This document shows positions 10,382-19,164 of a stretch of 64,000 nucleotides of DNA, piece by piece (within the stretch, counting starts at the first letter, position 1; the number at the start of each line of letters is the position of its first letter). Position numbers and translations under genes: made by a program. The notes below the pieces were generated by a model. That model ran no database searches and was not told the origin of the DNA. It was given only the letters and a program-made list of their open reading frames with translations. The stretch lies in IMG/VR virus record IMGVR_UViG_3300028883_000036, positions 43,656 through 107,655 of that record; one strand, given 5' to 3'. This DNA comes from a virus.

Positions 10382-11247
10382 AAGCACTCTCTTATAATAT
10401 TAATTGCATAATCTATTGTAAATTCAGGCCATTCTTTTTCTATTTTATCAAATATTTCTTCTATAACAACATTTTTAACTTTTGACATAGTTGATACAAA
10501 ATAATCTAATTCTTTTATATCTTTAATTAATAATCCATTAAACATAGAATGAAAATATTTATGTTCTATAGGAAGTAAAGGTAAACATCCCATATTCATA
10601 GCATATAAATATTCTGGATTCAAGTAACCAATTTTATATGCTTTGTCTGTATCAAAAGCAACAGTAGTATTACCTTTATCATATATAGGATATCTATTAT
10701 TTAAAAAAATAAGATTATCTTTTCTATATTCTTCTTTCTTAAAATCAGATATAAACATTGTATCATATGCCACTTTTTTATCATGAAATACTCTTGAATA
10801 ATTTTGTATCCATTTTTCAAATCCTTTGATTTGATATTCTAATTTATAATAGGAGTATACTAAATCAAATTTTCTATGTTCATGATCAACTATAATTTTA
10901 GTATCATCTATCCATTCAGGAAGATATTTAAATCCAAATCTTTCTGAATTAATAGCAGGTTCAAATAAAAAAGTATTAAATTTACTACACCAATTTACTT
11001 CTTTTTCTGTCAATGAAAATGATCTATCAAATATAACAATAGGTATATCTGATTTTATATAAGTCTGTAATAAGGATGCTTGCTTTAACCAAGCACCCTC
11101 ATGTTCAGATATTTTAGAAACCCAATCAATAAATAAACCATCAATATCTATTGGATTTTTTGGATCAAAATCATCAATTAAAATAAAAGGTAAACCTAAC
11201 TTTTGTTTAAATTTTGTAGTTAATTTATTTGATAAAATTCCTATCAT
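10378..11247 (-). CDS. Putative divergent GT-B glycosyltransferase
   Basis: PIVIFD, RKFDLVYS, YKIGYLNPEYLYAMNMGCLPLL weakly resemble a GT-B C-terminal domain; cluster context. Confidence 0.45.
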   Translation of the reverse strand: MIGILSNKLTTKFKQKLGLPFILIDDFDPKNPIDIDGLFIDWVSKISEHEGAWLKQASLLQTYIKSDIPIVIFDRSFSLTEKEVNWCSKFNTFLFEPAINSERFGFKYLPEWIDDTKIIVDHEHRKFDLVYSYYKLEYQIKGFEKWIQNYSRVFHDKKVAYDTMFISDFKKEEYRKDNLIFLNNRYPIYDKGNTTVAFDTDKAYKIGYLNPEYLYAMNMGCLPLLPIEHKYFHSMFNGLLIKDIKELDYFVSTMSKVKNVVIEEIFDKIEKEWPEFTIDYAINIIRECL

Positions 11248-11249
11248 AA

Positions 11250-11639
11250 CTAATCCTCTTTTGGTGGAATTATACTTTTCTTTGCTCCTGTTTTTTTAGA
11301 TTTTACTTTTTTCAGCATTTCTTCATGATCATCTTTGCTAATTACAGTTCCTTCTAACATTGCTGTTTTAAGAATTACTGCTTTAACTGGATCACTTAAT
11401 GCATGACACCCACCATCAAATGATACCTCATCAATTTTAAGTCCTTTAAATCCTTTAACTTTATTTTTTGCAAATTTAACCAAAGTATTTATAGCTTCTT
11501 CACTAGTATAAGCAATAATACCAGCAGTATATGCTTGATCTTTACTGCTTCCTTTTACATCCATTTCATATCTGATCTTATAAAGACCAATTCCCTTTTC
11601 TGTTTTAAAATTATCATTTCTTTCTACATTTTCAATCAT
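11250..11639 (-). CDS. Hypothetical protein
   Basis: 129-aa ORF with GGAG RBS. Confidence 0.7.
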   Translation of the reverse strand: MIENVERNDNFKTEKGIGLYKIRYEMDVKGSSKDQAYTAGIIAYTSEEAINTLVKFAKNKVKGFKGLKIDEVSFDGGCHALSDPVKAVILKTAMLEGTVISKDDHEEMLKKVKSKKTGAKKSIIPPKED

Positions 11640-11641
11640 TT

Positions 11642-11866
11642 TTATTCTCCTTTATCTTCTTCCATATAATCATATATGGGAATATATTCAACACTTCCAT
11701 AAGATTTACTAATTATCTCATAGTAAGTTATTGGTTGTCCTATTTCTTTATTTTGCTTCTGACCAATTAGATTTTTTCCATAAAGAAAATAATCACCTAT
11801 TTCTAAATTATTCATATCAATTTCTTTATCAATTTCTTTTAATCTAATAAATATTGTTTTTCTCAT
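11642..11866 (-). CDS. Hypothetical protein
   Basis: Likely start MRKTIF at 11866 after GGAG and just past the dUTPase stop. Confidence 0.6.
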   Translation of the reverse strand: MRKTIFIRLKEIDKEIDMNNLEIGDYFLYGKNLIGQKQNKEIGQPITYYEIISKSYGSVEYIPIYDYMEEDKGE

Positions 11867-11867
11867 A

Positions 11868-12920
11868 TCAAACTCCTGTGCTACCAAATCCACATTCAGA
11901 TCTATTTGTATTTTCATTAAAACTATCTACTTCTATTATTTTTACATGAACTACTTGTCTAGGAATAGCTTGTAACATTCTAACTGGTAATTCTGGTTCT
12001 GGTTTTGATTTATCTATTTTTATCATTGGAGCTAATATTTCACCAGAATATCCTCTATCTATAATACCAATACTATTAGATAACATATATCCATATTTTG
12101 ATATAGAACTTCTAGGAACAATATCAACATACCATCCATATGCAGGTTTTATTTTTATTCCTGTTCCGAACCAATGAATATCACCATCTTCTTTTATTTT
12201 TCTATTAAAAGTTAAATCATATCCACAATCGGATGCTCTTTTTTTGAATGGAATAACAGCATTTTTATGAGTTTTTACTACTCTAAATTCTATAAATTTT
12301 TTATTATTTCCTATACCTTTTAATCCAGGCAAATAAGATGCCCAATCCAAATATCTATAAAATTTTCTATCCAAATAAATAGAAGCATTATCATATAATA
12401 ATGACAAGAAATCTAAAGCATTAATACCATAAAATAGTAACTTATCATTTATTTTATGTGATTCAATATTTATTTTACTTTGAATACCATATAATAATTT
12501 ATCAGATTTATTTGTAATTCCACATTCGGGACTATCTCTACCATCTGTGGTTCTAATATAACCATCTCCATCCATAACCCCTCTAATAAAATGTATTATA
12601 AAATCATCTTCAATTTCTGGAAAATCAACTATTTCTGATTTTTTACCACAATTTATTTTTAAATGTCTACATACATCCTTAATCATTTCTTTTGATGAAA
12701 GAGATATTCCTACTAAATTATTATCTTTTTTATTAATTGGTAATGAATCACAAATAATATTTCTTATTTTCTCAATTAATGATATATCTTTTTTATTAAT
12801 ATAAATTTGGATAATAGATTCACATATACTTCCATCTGCTGCTATAAATCCTAATATATATGCTTTTTCTTCTGAATCTATATTTTTGAAAAAATTTCTA
12901 TTAGTTATCATTTTTTTCAA
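11868..12920 (-). CDS. dut: LAGLIDADG homing-endonuclease domain fused to C-terminal dUTPase
   Basis: AYILGFIAADGS and HFIRGVMDGDG LAGLIDADG helices, LDRKF; then dUTPase motifs GYDL, GTG, PRSS, GIIDRGYSGEI, R..GFGSTG. Confidence 0.9.
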   Translation of the reverse strand: MKKMITNRNFFKNIDSEEKAYILGFIAADGSICESIIQIYINKKDISLIEKIRNIICDSLPINKKDNNLVGISLSSKEMIKDVCRHLKINCGKKSEIVDFPEIEDDFIIHFIRGVMDGDGYIRTTDGRDSPECGITNKSDKLLYGIQSKINIESHKINDKLLFYGINALDFLSLLYDNASIYLDRKFYRYLDWASYLPGLKGIGNNKKFIEFRVVKTHKNAVIPFKKRASDCGYDLTFNRKIKEDGDIHWFGTGIKIKPAYGWYVDIVPRSSISKYGYMLSNSIGIIDRGYSGEILAPMIKIDKSKPEPELPVRMLQAIPRQVVHVKIIEVDSFNENTNRSECGFGSTGV

Positions 12921-14023
12921 TTCTTTCCCTTTATTTTCTTTGGTTCTTCAACTTCAACTTCAGATTCAATCATTTGTTCTGCTCTTTCAACTTCTTCATT
13001 ATGTGAAGAATATCCTGTATCTTCTAACCATTTATCAAGCATATCCAAAAAATCATCACCAAGTTCTTCAATAGCTTTTATTGCATTAATTCTACCTTGA
13101 CCTAACCTTTCATCTCCCATTTTATACCATGCTCCATTCTGTTGAACAATATTAGCTTCAATAGCCAAATCAAGTAATCCTGCATATGATTGAACACCAT
13201 CATTAAAATCAATTTGAACAGTAGCATTTTGAAAAGGTGGATACCCCCTATTTTTTACTGTACTCGCTATAATTTCATTCCCAACTATAGCACCCCTTTC
13301 TTTTCCTTTTTTATTAGGAAATTCATATAATGCTCTTTTAACCAAAGTAACAAGAATACTTGGTAGAAGTTTCATTGCCTTACCACCACCAATTTTATCT
13401 GGATTATATTGATCATTTGGATTTCCATAATAGTGACCAGTACAAATACCAACACAATTTTGATTAATACATATATTCAAATATAATTTCAACATTGCTT
13501 TAATATCTTTTTGAAGCAATCCTTGATCTTGTTTTACATTACCATCTAATGCATCATTATATGCTTTTAATCTATTAAGACCACCAACAGAATCAAGACC
13601 AATTATCAATCCTTCTTCTCCTGTTTCCTTTATTTGAGCTAGTATTGGCATTACTTCATCAATCCAAGGAGTATAGATATAAAATATATTATTTACATCA
13701 AGACCCCATCTTGCACAAAAATCAGCATCACAACCACCTTCAGTATCTATAATAATAGGTTTATATCCTTGCTTCTGAGCATTAACCATACATAATACCA
13801 TAAATGATGATTTAAAAGTATGTTCTGGTCCAATAATTCCCATTAAATTTCTAGATTTAATTCCACCCCTTAAATTACCACTTAAAATACGATTCAAATC
13901 ATAACAAGGAGTCATTACTGAAAATCTATCTGCTGCTATGGTTGACTCTGACATTATAGAAGCATGAACACCCTTTACTTTTTTATCAATACTTTTTTTC
14001 AAATTATTAAAGAAATCATCCAT
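12917..14023 (-). CDS. uvsX: UvsX/RecA-like recombinase
   Basis: LNRILSG, Walker A GPEHTFKS, IDTEG, LDSVG, GGGKAM, KNR..PPF, GAWY..LGQGR; ATG 14023 follows GGAG. Confidence 0.93.
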   Translation of the reverse strand: MDDFFNNLKKSIDKKVKGVHASIMSESTIAADRFSVMTPCYDLNRILSGNLRGGIKSRNLMGIIGPEHTFKSSFMVLCMVNAQKQGYKPIIIDTEGGCDADFCARWGLDVNNIFYIYTPWIDEVMPILAQIKETGEEGLIIGLDSVGGLNRLKAYNDALDGNVKQDQGLLQKDIKAMLKLYLNICINQNCVGICTGHYYGNPNDQYNPDKIGGGKAMKLLPSILVTLVKRALYEFPNKKGKERGAIVGNEIIASTVKNRGYPPFQNATVQIDFNDGVQSYAGLLDLAIEANIVQQNGAWYKMGDERLGQGRINAIKAIEELGDDFLDMLDKWLEDTGYSSHNEEVERAEQMIESEVEVEEPKKIKGKN

Positions 14024-14177
14024 CAATTATCTCCTTTATTAATTCCCATTTTGCTTCGCATCCATCAAGTATACATTTTATGGGCTTAATATCATTCCCA
14101 ACTTTTATTTCACATTGTATATTATTATTACAATTTTTTTCTTTACAAATAAATATTTTATAATCTTGATTATTCAT
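14016..14177 (-). CDS. Small Cys-rich protein, 53 aa (not in ORF track)
   Basis: MNNQDYKIFICKEKNCNNNIQCEIKVGNDIKPIKCILDGCEAKWELIKEIIDG; fills the gap and overlaps both neighbours. Confidence 0.65.
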   Translation of the reverse strand: MNNQDYKIFICKEKNCNNNIQCEIKVGNDIKPIKCILDGCEAKWELIKEIIDG

Positions 14178-14388
14178 TTATTTCCTTCACTGAAATAAAA
14201 TTTGAAAATGCTACCTTTACAAAAATATAATCTTTATAATCATAAAATATAAGGATATTGCCATCTATTTTACAATAACGAGATTCAATTACTTCTTCAA
14301 TTACTTCTTCCCATTGTTTTTCTTTTTCTTTATCATATTTAACTTCATAATATTTAACTTTAAATTTTTTCATAATCATCTTTGTCAT
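14170..14388 (-). CDS. Hypothetical protein
   Basis: GGAG RBS before ATG 14388. Confidence 0.6.
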   Translation of the reverse strand: MTKMIMKKFKVKYYEVKYDKEKEKQWEEVIEEVIESRYCKIDGNILIFYDYKDYIFVKVAFSNFISVKEINE

Positions 14389-14408
14389 GATACATCTCCT
14401 TAATATAT

Positions 14409-14759
14409 TTATAATATTTTTACCCACTTATTATCTTTCTTACCTTCTATTTTAAGATTATTAGATTTTATTTGTTCTTCTACCATTTCATCAATAGATT
14501 TTCCATTCATTACCTGATAGACCATCATAGAATGCCATAATTTAAATTTAGGATGTTTAATCAAACCATCAAATGCTTCCTTGATATTTGCTTTTCTTTC
14601 ACGATTTGATTGACCAGTAGCCATAGCACCCGATTCTTTATGATGTATTCTTACACAATTTTGATGTTTATTTCTATATTGCCCACCTGCTCCTTTACCA
14701 GAAAAATATTCAATATTTAAATTTTTTTTAGTTACTGAAAATAATAATTCTTTTTTCAT
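14409..14759 (-). CDS. Stand-alone RF-1 (GGQ) peptidyl-tRNA hydrolase domain protein
   Basis: FSGKGAGGQYRNKHQNCVRIHH.ESG....Q..R.R.AN...A. Confidence 0.9.
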   Translation of the reverse strand: MKKELLFSVTKKNLNIEYFSGKGAGGQYRNKHQNCVRIHHKESGAMATGQSNRERKANIKEAFDGLIKHPKFKLWHSMMVYQVMNGKSIDEMVEEQIKSNNLKIEGKKDNKWVKIL

Positions 14760-14793
14760 TTTTTATTTTTCTCCATATGATAAATTCCAATTA

Positions 14794-17700
14794 TCATATA
14801 ATTACCCTTGAATATCCATCTTCTTTTATTACTTTATATTGATTATCAATTAATTCAGCATCAATTTCTTGTCTATGAGATATAATAAAAACTTTTTTAT
14901 TAGATTCATTTTGTTTCGTTTTTATAATCTTCATAATTTGATCCATACCAATACCATCAATAGAGCTATCTAATAATTCATCTAAAATTAAAATATCTGG
15001 AAAAAGACCACTTTGAACTTGTGCAATATCTAATAATGAAAGTTGTAAAGCAATATCAATACCCCTTCTTTCTCCCCCACTTAATGAATCATATGTTGCA
15101 TTTCTTATTCCTGGTCCTTTAATCTCAACATCTAACCATTTATCTATATTAACATAAAATCCATAATTTACTTCTGATAAATAATAATTTGTTTGTTTAT
15201 TTAAAAAAGGCATTATTTGTTTTATAGTAAATTGTTTTATATTTTCATCTTTGAGGATATACTTGATAGAATTCAAATAGTCAACAATATTATTAAGTTT
15301 AATTTTATTATCTTTTAATTCTTTTACATTTTCTTTTATTTTAAATATTTTTTCATTTTGTTCTTTAATCATTTCTTTCAATGATTTCACATGTCTTTTA
15401 ACTTCTTCTACTTGTGATTTCTTTATATCAAGTTCTTTTTCTTTAGCTTTTATTATAGAATGTTCTCTATTTAAATCAGTTAATCTATTATCCAATGCTT
15501 TTATTTTATTATTATGTTCTATTTGATTTTTTTTAAATATTTCTACAGCATCCATTCGATTTTGAGCTATTAAACTTTTTGATTCAATTAGCTCATCTTT
15601 ATTTTTTTCAGAATCAACATCTTTGATTTTACTTCTTAAATCATTCAATGTATCTTTAGTTTTATGAAGCACTTTAATTTTATTTTCATAAGTTTCTGTT
15701 TCTTTTTGATATTTTGTTGAATTTTTATCATAATCATCATATTCTTTTTGAACAACAATAATTCTTTTTTTAATAGATGTTATATCTTTCTTATGATGTT
15801 TTATTGGATCTTTAACATCCTGCCCACATGTAGGACATTTACCTTCAGCTAACAAAGCAAGTCCTTCTTCATTTTTTTTCAAATCAGCTTTAAGATTTGC
15901 TAATTCCTTATATAATTTTAATTTTGATAAATTAACATCATTCAATGATTTCTTATAACTTTCCAATTTTTTTCCAGCAATATCAATATCATTAATAATA
16001 TTATCAATATCTCCTGTTTTTTCTATAATATTATCAATACTTTTTTGAATTTTTTTATTTATTTTTCTTTGTTCTTCTAAATCATCTATGGCTTTTATTT
16101 CTTTTTCTATTTGTTTACATCGTGTATCTTCACTTGCTAAATATTTTTCATGTTTAATTTGAACAATAGAAAAATCCTTTTCCCTTTGTCTGATTTCATT
16201 ATTAGTGTTTACAATCTTTATATCCAAATCAGGATTATCTTCTTTGAGTTTATCTATTTTTTCTTGAATCTCATCTACCCCTTCTATGGATTCTTTTTTA
16301 CTTTTTATTTCAGTATGAAATTTATTTTTTAATACTTTAGATGATTCTATATTATCATTTCCTGAATTTATATCAGTATCAATTTTATATTTCTTATTTT
16401 CTATTTCCCTAAGTTTTTCATTACATAATTTATTCATATCAGAATAAATAATAAGTCCAAACATTCTTTCAAGAAATGCTCTCTTTTCAGGTTTTTTCAT
16501 ATTCATTATATTAGCTGAACTATTAACATTAGAATGAATTAAACTCATAAACATTTTTACATCCATTCCAAATATATTTTCAAACATAGACTGATAATCT
16601 GTTTTATGAGCATCTTGATCTAATAAATCACCATTTTTATATATTTCAAGTGAATTGGGTTTAAGTTTTCTATTGATTTCATATATATCATCATTTATTT
16701 TAAATCTAAATACTACCTGACAATTCTTTTTATTTTTCCAATTTACTATTTGATTTTGTTTTATATCTCTTGCAGTTTTACCAAATAAAGCAAATGGTAT
16801 AGTCTCAAGAAAAGAACTTTTACCTGCTCCATTGGATTTTCCTTTATCTTTATCAATTCCAGTTACAAAATTAACACCATTATGTAATGGTATTTCTTGC
16901 CATTTACTACCAAATGATAAAAAGTTTTGAAACCCAATATCAATACATTCAATTTTAGTTCCTTCAGCAATTTTTATATTAGATTTAGAATCTCCTGCTT
17001 CTTTCATTAATTTTTTAAATATATTTTTTAATAATTTAATATCAGTATTAGTTGAAAATGTTTGAGTTTCAATATATTGATCTACAATCTTTTCTTTACT
17101 ATCCATTTCAACACATTCATCTTCAGTAACTTCTTCTTCTGATTTTAAATTAGTAAAATTGACTGAATATAAAAATGGTTTACATTTTAAAATATTATCA
17201 ACAATTTCTTGATTAGCATTAGTTCCGAAATCTTTAGTAAATATTATTTTAACAATATTATCTTTTATTTCATTTTCATTTAATGGTTCAGAATTTGTAT
17301 ATATTTTTACAAATTTAGGAGCATCTTTATATTCTATAAATGTAAGTTTACCATCTTCAAATATATGATATCCTCTTACTCCACCAGCATCATGAAAAGT
17401 TTGCCCATAAGGAGCACCCAAATAAGTTATATTATATTTACTTGATGGAGTATGAAAATGCCCACTTAAAACTTTATCAAAATCCTTAAATGTTACTTTA
17501 TCTAACCCATCTTTGCATTTATATGAATCATTCATATGAAATCCATTAATAGCAAAATGACCAAAACAATATTTACTATTTTGAGTACTTGAAGGTATTT
17601 CCCCCCAAGGAACTAATAATATATCATCCAATTTAGTTATTTCATCAATAATTGATATATTATTATATTCTTTAAATAATTCTAATGTATTAGGTTGAAT

Positions 17701-17979
17701 TTGATTTTTATAGTAGCAATCATGATTTCCTACTATAATATAACTGTGAAGATTTTTTGCATGTTGCAGAATTTTTGCAATTCTATGTGCAGTATGTTGT
17801 GTTTTTGTATTAAGACTTTTTCTATTATTAAAAAAATCCCCTAAATGAATAAGTTGTGTAATATTGTTTTTAATACAATATTTTACAATATGTTTATAAA
17901 AATTAAGGACTATATTCAACCAAGCATCTGCATCAGAATATAATCCTAAATGAGTATCGCTTACAATTAATCTTTTCAC
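14794..17979 (-). CDS. Fused gp47 (Mre11/SbcD) nuclease and gp46 (Rad50/SbcC) ATPase
   Basis: SDTHLG, HLGDFF, VGNHD, GHFH phosphoesterase motifs; FQNFLSFG, NGAGKSS Walker A, CPTCGQ zinc hook, LSGGE, LILDE, IISH. Confidence 0.93.
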   Translation of the reverse strand: MKRLIVSDTHLGLYSDADAWLNIVLNFYKHIVKYCIKNNITQLIHLGDFFNNRKSLNTKTQHTAHRIAKILQHAKNLHSYIIVGNHDCYYKNQIQPNTLELFKEYNNISIIDEITKLDDILLVPWGEIPSSTQNSKYCFGHFAINGFHMNDSYKCKDGLDKVTFKDFDKVLSGHFHTPSSKYNITYLGAPYGQTFHDAGGVRGYHIFEDGKLTFIEYKDAPKFVKIYTNSEPLNENEIKDNIVKIIFTKDFGTNANQEIVDNILKCKPFLYSVNFTNLKSEEEVTEDECVEMDSKEKIVDQYIETQTFSTNTDIKLLKNIFKKLMKEAGDSKSNIKIAEGTKIECIDIGFQNFLSFGSKWQEIPLHNGVNFVTGIDKDKGKSNGAGKSSFLETIPFALFGKTARDIKQNQIVNWKNKKNCQVVFRFKINDDIYEINRKLKPNSLEIYKNGDLLDQDAHKTDYQSMFENIFGMDVKMFMSLIHSNVNSSANIMNMKKPEKRAFLERMFGLIIYSDMNKLCNEKLREIENKKYKIDTDINSGNDNIESSKVLKNKFHTEIKSKKESIEGVDEIQEKIDKLKEDNPDLDIKIVNTNNEIRQREKDFSIVQIKHEKYLASEDTRCKQIEKEIKAIDDLEEQRKINKKIQKSIDNIIEKTGDIDNIINDIDIAGKKLESYKKSLNDVNLSKLKLYKELANLKADLKKNEEGLALLAEGKCPTCGQDVKDPIKHHKKDITSIKKRIIVVQKEYDDYDKNSTKYQKETETYENKIKVLHKTKDTLNDLRSKIKDVDSEKNKDELIESKSLIAQNRMDAVEIFKKNQIEHNNKIKALDNRLTDLNREHSIIKAKEKELDIKKSQVEEVKRHVKSLKEMIKEQNEKIFKIKENVKELKDNKIKLNNIVDYLNSIKYILKDENIKQFTIKQIMPFLNKQTNYYLSEVNYGFYVNIDKWLDVEIKGPGIRNATYDSLSGGERRGIDIALQLSLLDIAQVQSGLFPDILILDELLDSSIDGIGMDQIMKIIKTKQNESNKKVFIISHRQEIDAELIDNQYKVIKEDGYSRVII

Positions 17980-17994
17980 AAATTACCCCTTTTT

Positions 17995-18438
17995 TTATTT
18001 TTTTACTTTTTTCTTCTTTTTCTTATTCCCCCTGATTTGTTGATAATCAATTCCACATATTTCAAAAAAAGACCAATCATCTGTAGAGTTTTCATCAGGA
18101 GTTATAAAATCTATATTTTTATAACAAATATCTTTTATCTTAGAATGTTTCTTTTGTTTAGATATATAATTCAAGAACGAATTATGTATAATTCTACTAA
18201 AATATGCAAATGGATTTGGATTATCAATTGTTATATCAAAATTATGCATATACTTTAAACATGTGAGTACAGCTTCACATATCATATCTTCTTTCCATGA
18301 ATATCCAGCAAAACTTCCTCTATCAGAATACTTTTTAGCTAAAAGCAATAACATTCTACCAAGTTCTTCAGTTTGAATCTCATCTTCTACATATATTTTT
18401 ATTTCTCTTAATAATTTTTCATTGTTAATATAATTCAT
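17995..18438 (-). CDS. T4 gp55-like late-transcription sigma factor
   Basis: YINNEKLL, FAGYSWKEDMI.EA...CLKY.HNFD, NPFAYFS.II.NSFL.YI.KQKK. Confidence 0.9.
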   Translation of the reverse strand: MNYINNEKLLREIKIYVEDEIQTEELGRMLLLLAKKYSDRGSFAGYSWKEDMICEAVLTCLKYMHNFDITIDNPNPFAYFSRIIHNSFLNYISKQKKHSKIKDICYKNIDFITPDENSTDDWSFFEICGIDYQQIRGNKKKKKKVKK

Positions 18439-18460
18439 AAATTCTCACTTTTTTAATTTC

Positions 18461-18490
18461 ATTATAACACACTTTCAATTCAATTGTTAA
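18461..18490 (-). promoter_or_regulatory. Sigma70-like promoter for the gp55-gp47/46-uvsX unit
   Basis: TTAACA-N18-TATAAT with TGn extended -10, 22 nt upstream of gp55 ATG. Confidence 0.6.
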
Positions 18491-18497
18491 CTAATTT

Positions 18498-18800
18498 TTA
18501 AGAATATCTTACTGCTCCATGAATATTTGTTGCCCATACATCACTAAATCTATAATTCACTGAACCTAAACTTCTTGTATCATCTACATCAGGACCATCA
18601 TCTACATTTCCACATAAAGGTCTTAACCACTTTGAATTATTATGAAAGAACATTTTATATCCCCCATATTGATCTGTAGCACCATTAATACTTGTAGACG
18701 TATTGTAAATTATTCTTCTTTCACTTGAAGCAGCAGCAGCAGGAGCAGATGCTTGTTCCATGAAATATTTTCCCTTCATTGTAATACCATGATTTTCCAT
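18498..18800 (-). CDS. Small tail-fibre-like virion protein
   Basis: PDVDDTRSLGSVNYRFSDVWATN resembles the P..D....LG....RW..lY fibre motif. Confidence 0.5.
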   Translation of the reverse strand: MENHGITMKGKYFMEQASAPAAAASSERRIIYNTSTSINGATDQYGGYKMFFHNNSKWLRPLCGNVDDGPDVDDTRSLGSVNYRFSDVWATNIHGAVRYS

Positions 18801-19138
18801 TATTTTTCCCCCTTATCAGATAATTTTCTTTCCAATTCTCTTTTCATATCTGATAAAAATGAATTGGATTCAAATAATTTAATTTTTATAGCTTCAAATT
18901 TCTTTTTATTTAATTTTTTTATTTTTTCCTCTATATCATTATTTTCAAATGTAAACCCAACTTTAGTTTTTCTACCTAATAATATATTTATATCATCCAT
19001 AATATTAATAACTTCATTTTTAATACCATATTTTTCTTCAATTTTATGAACTAGTTCTTCTTTGGAATTTTCAACAATTCCAACATTAAGTTTTCTAAAA
19101 TCTTCTATATCAGAATCTATGAATGATTTAAATTTCAT
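18800..19138 (-). CDS. Hypothetical protein with MKFKSFI leader
   Basis: 112-aa ORF; TATAAGTA late-promoter variant at 19153-19160. Confidence 0.6.
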   Translation of the reverse strand: MKFKSFIDSDIEDFRKLNVGIVENSKEELVHKIEEKYGIKNEVINIMDDINILLGRKTKVGFTFENNDIEEKIKKLNKKKFEAIKIKLFESNSFLSDMKRELERKLSDKGEK

Positions 19139-19164
19139 TATATGCCTAATAATACTTATATTTT

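Noticed and set aside
11868-12920. Intein or group I intron in dUTPase
   Set aside because: No N-extein, no Hint splice residues, and the dUTPase motifs are contiguous after the nuclease domain.
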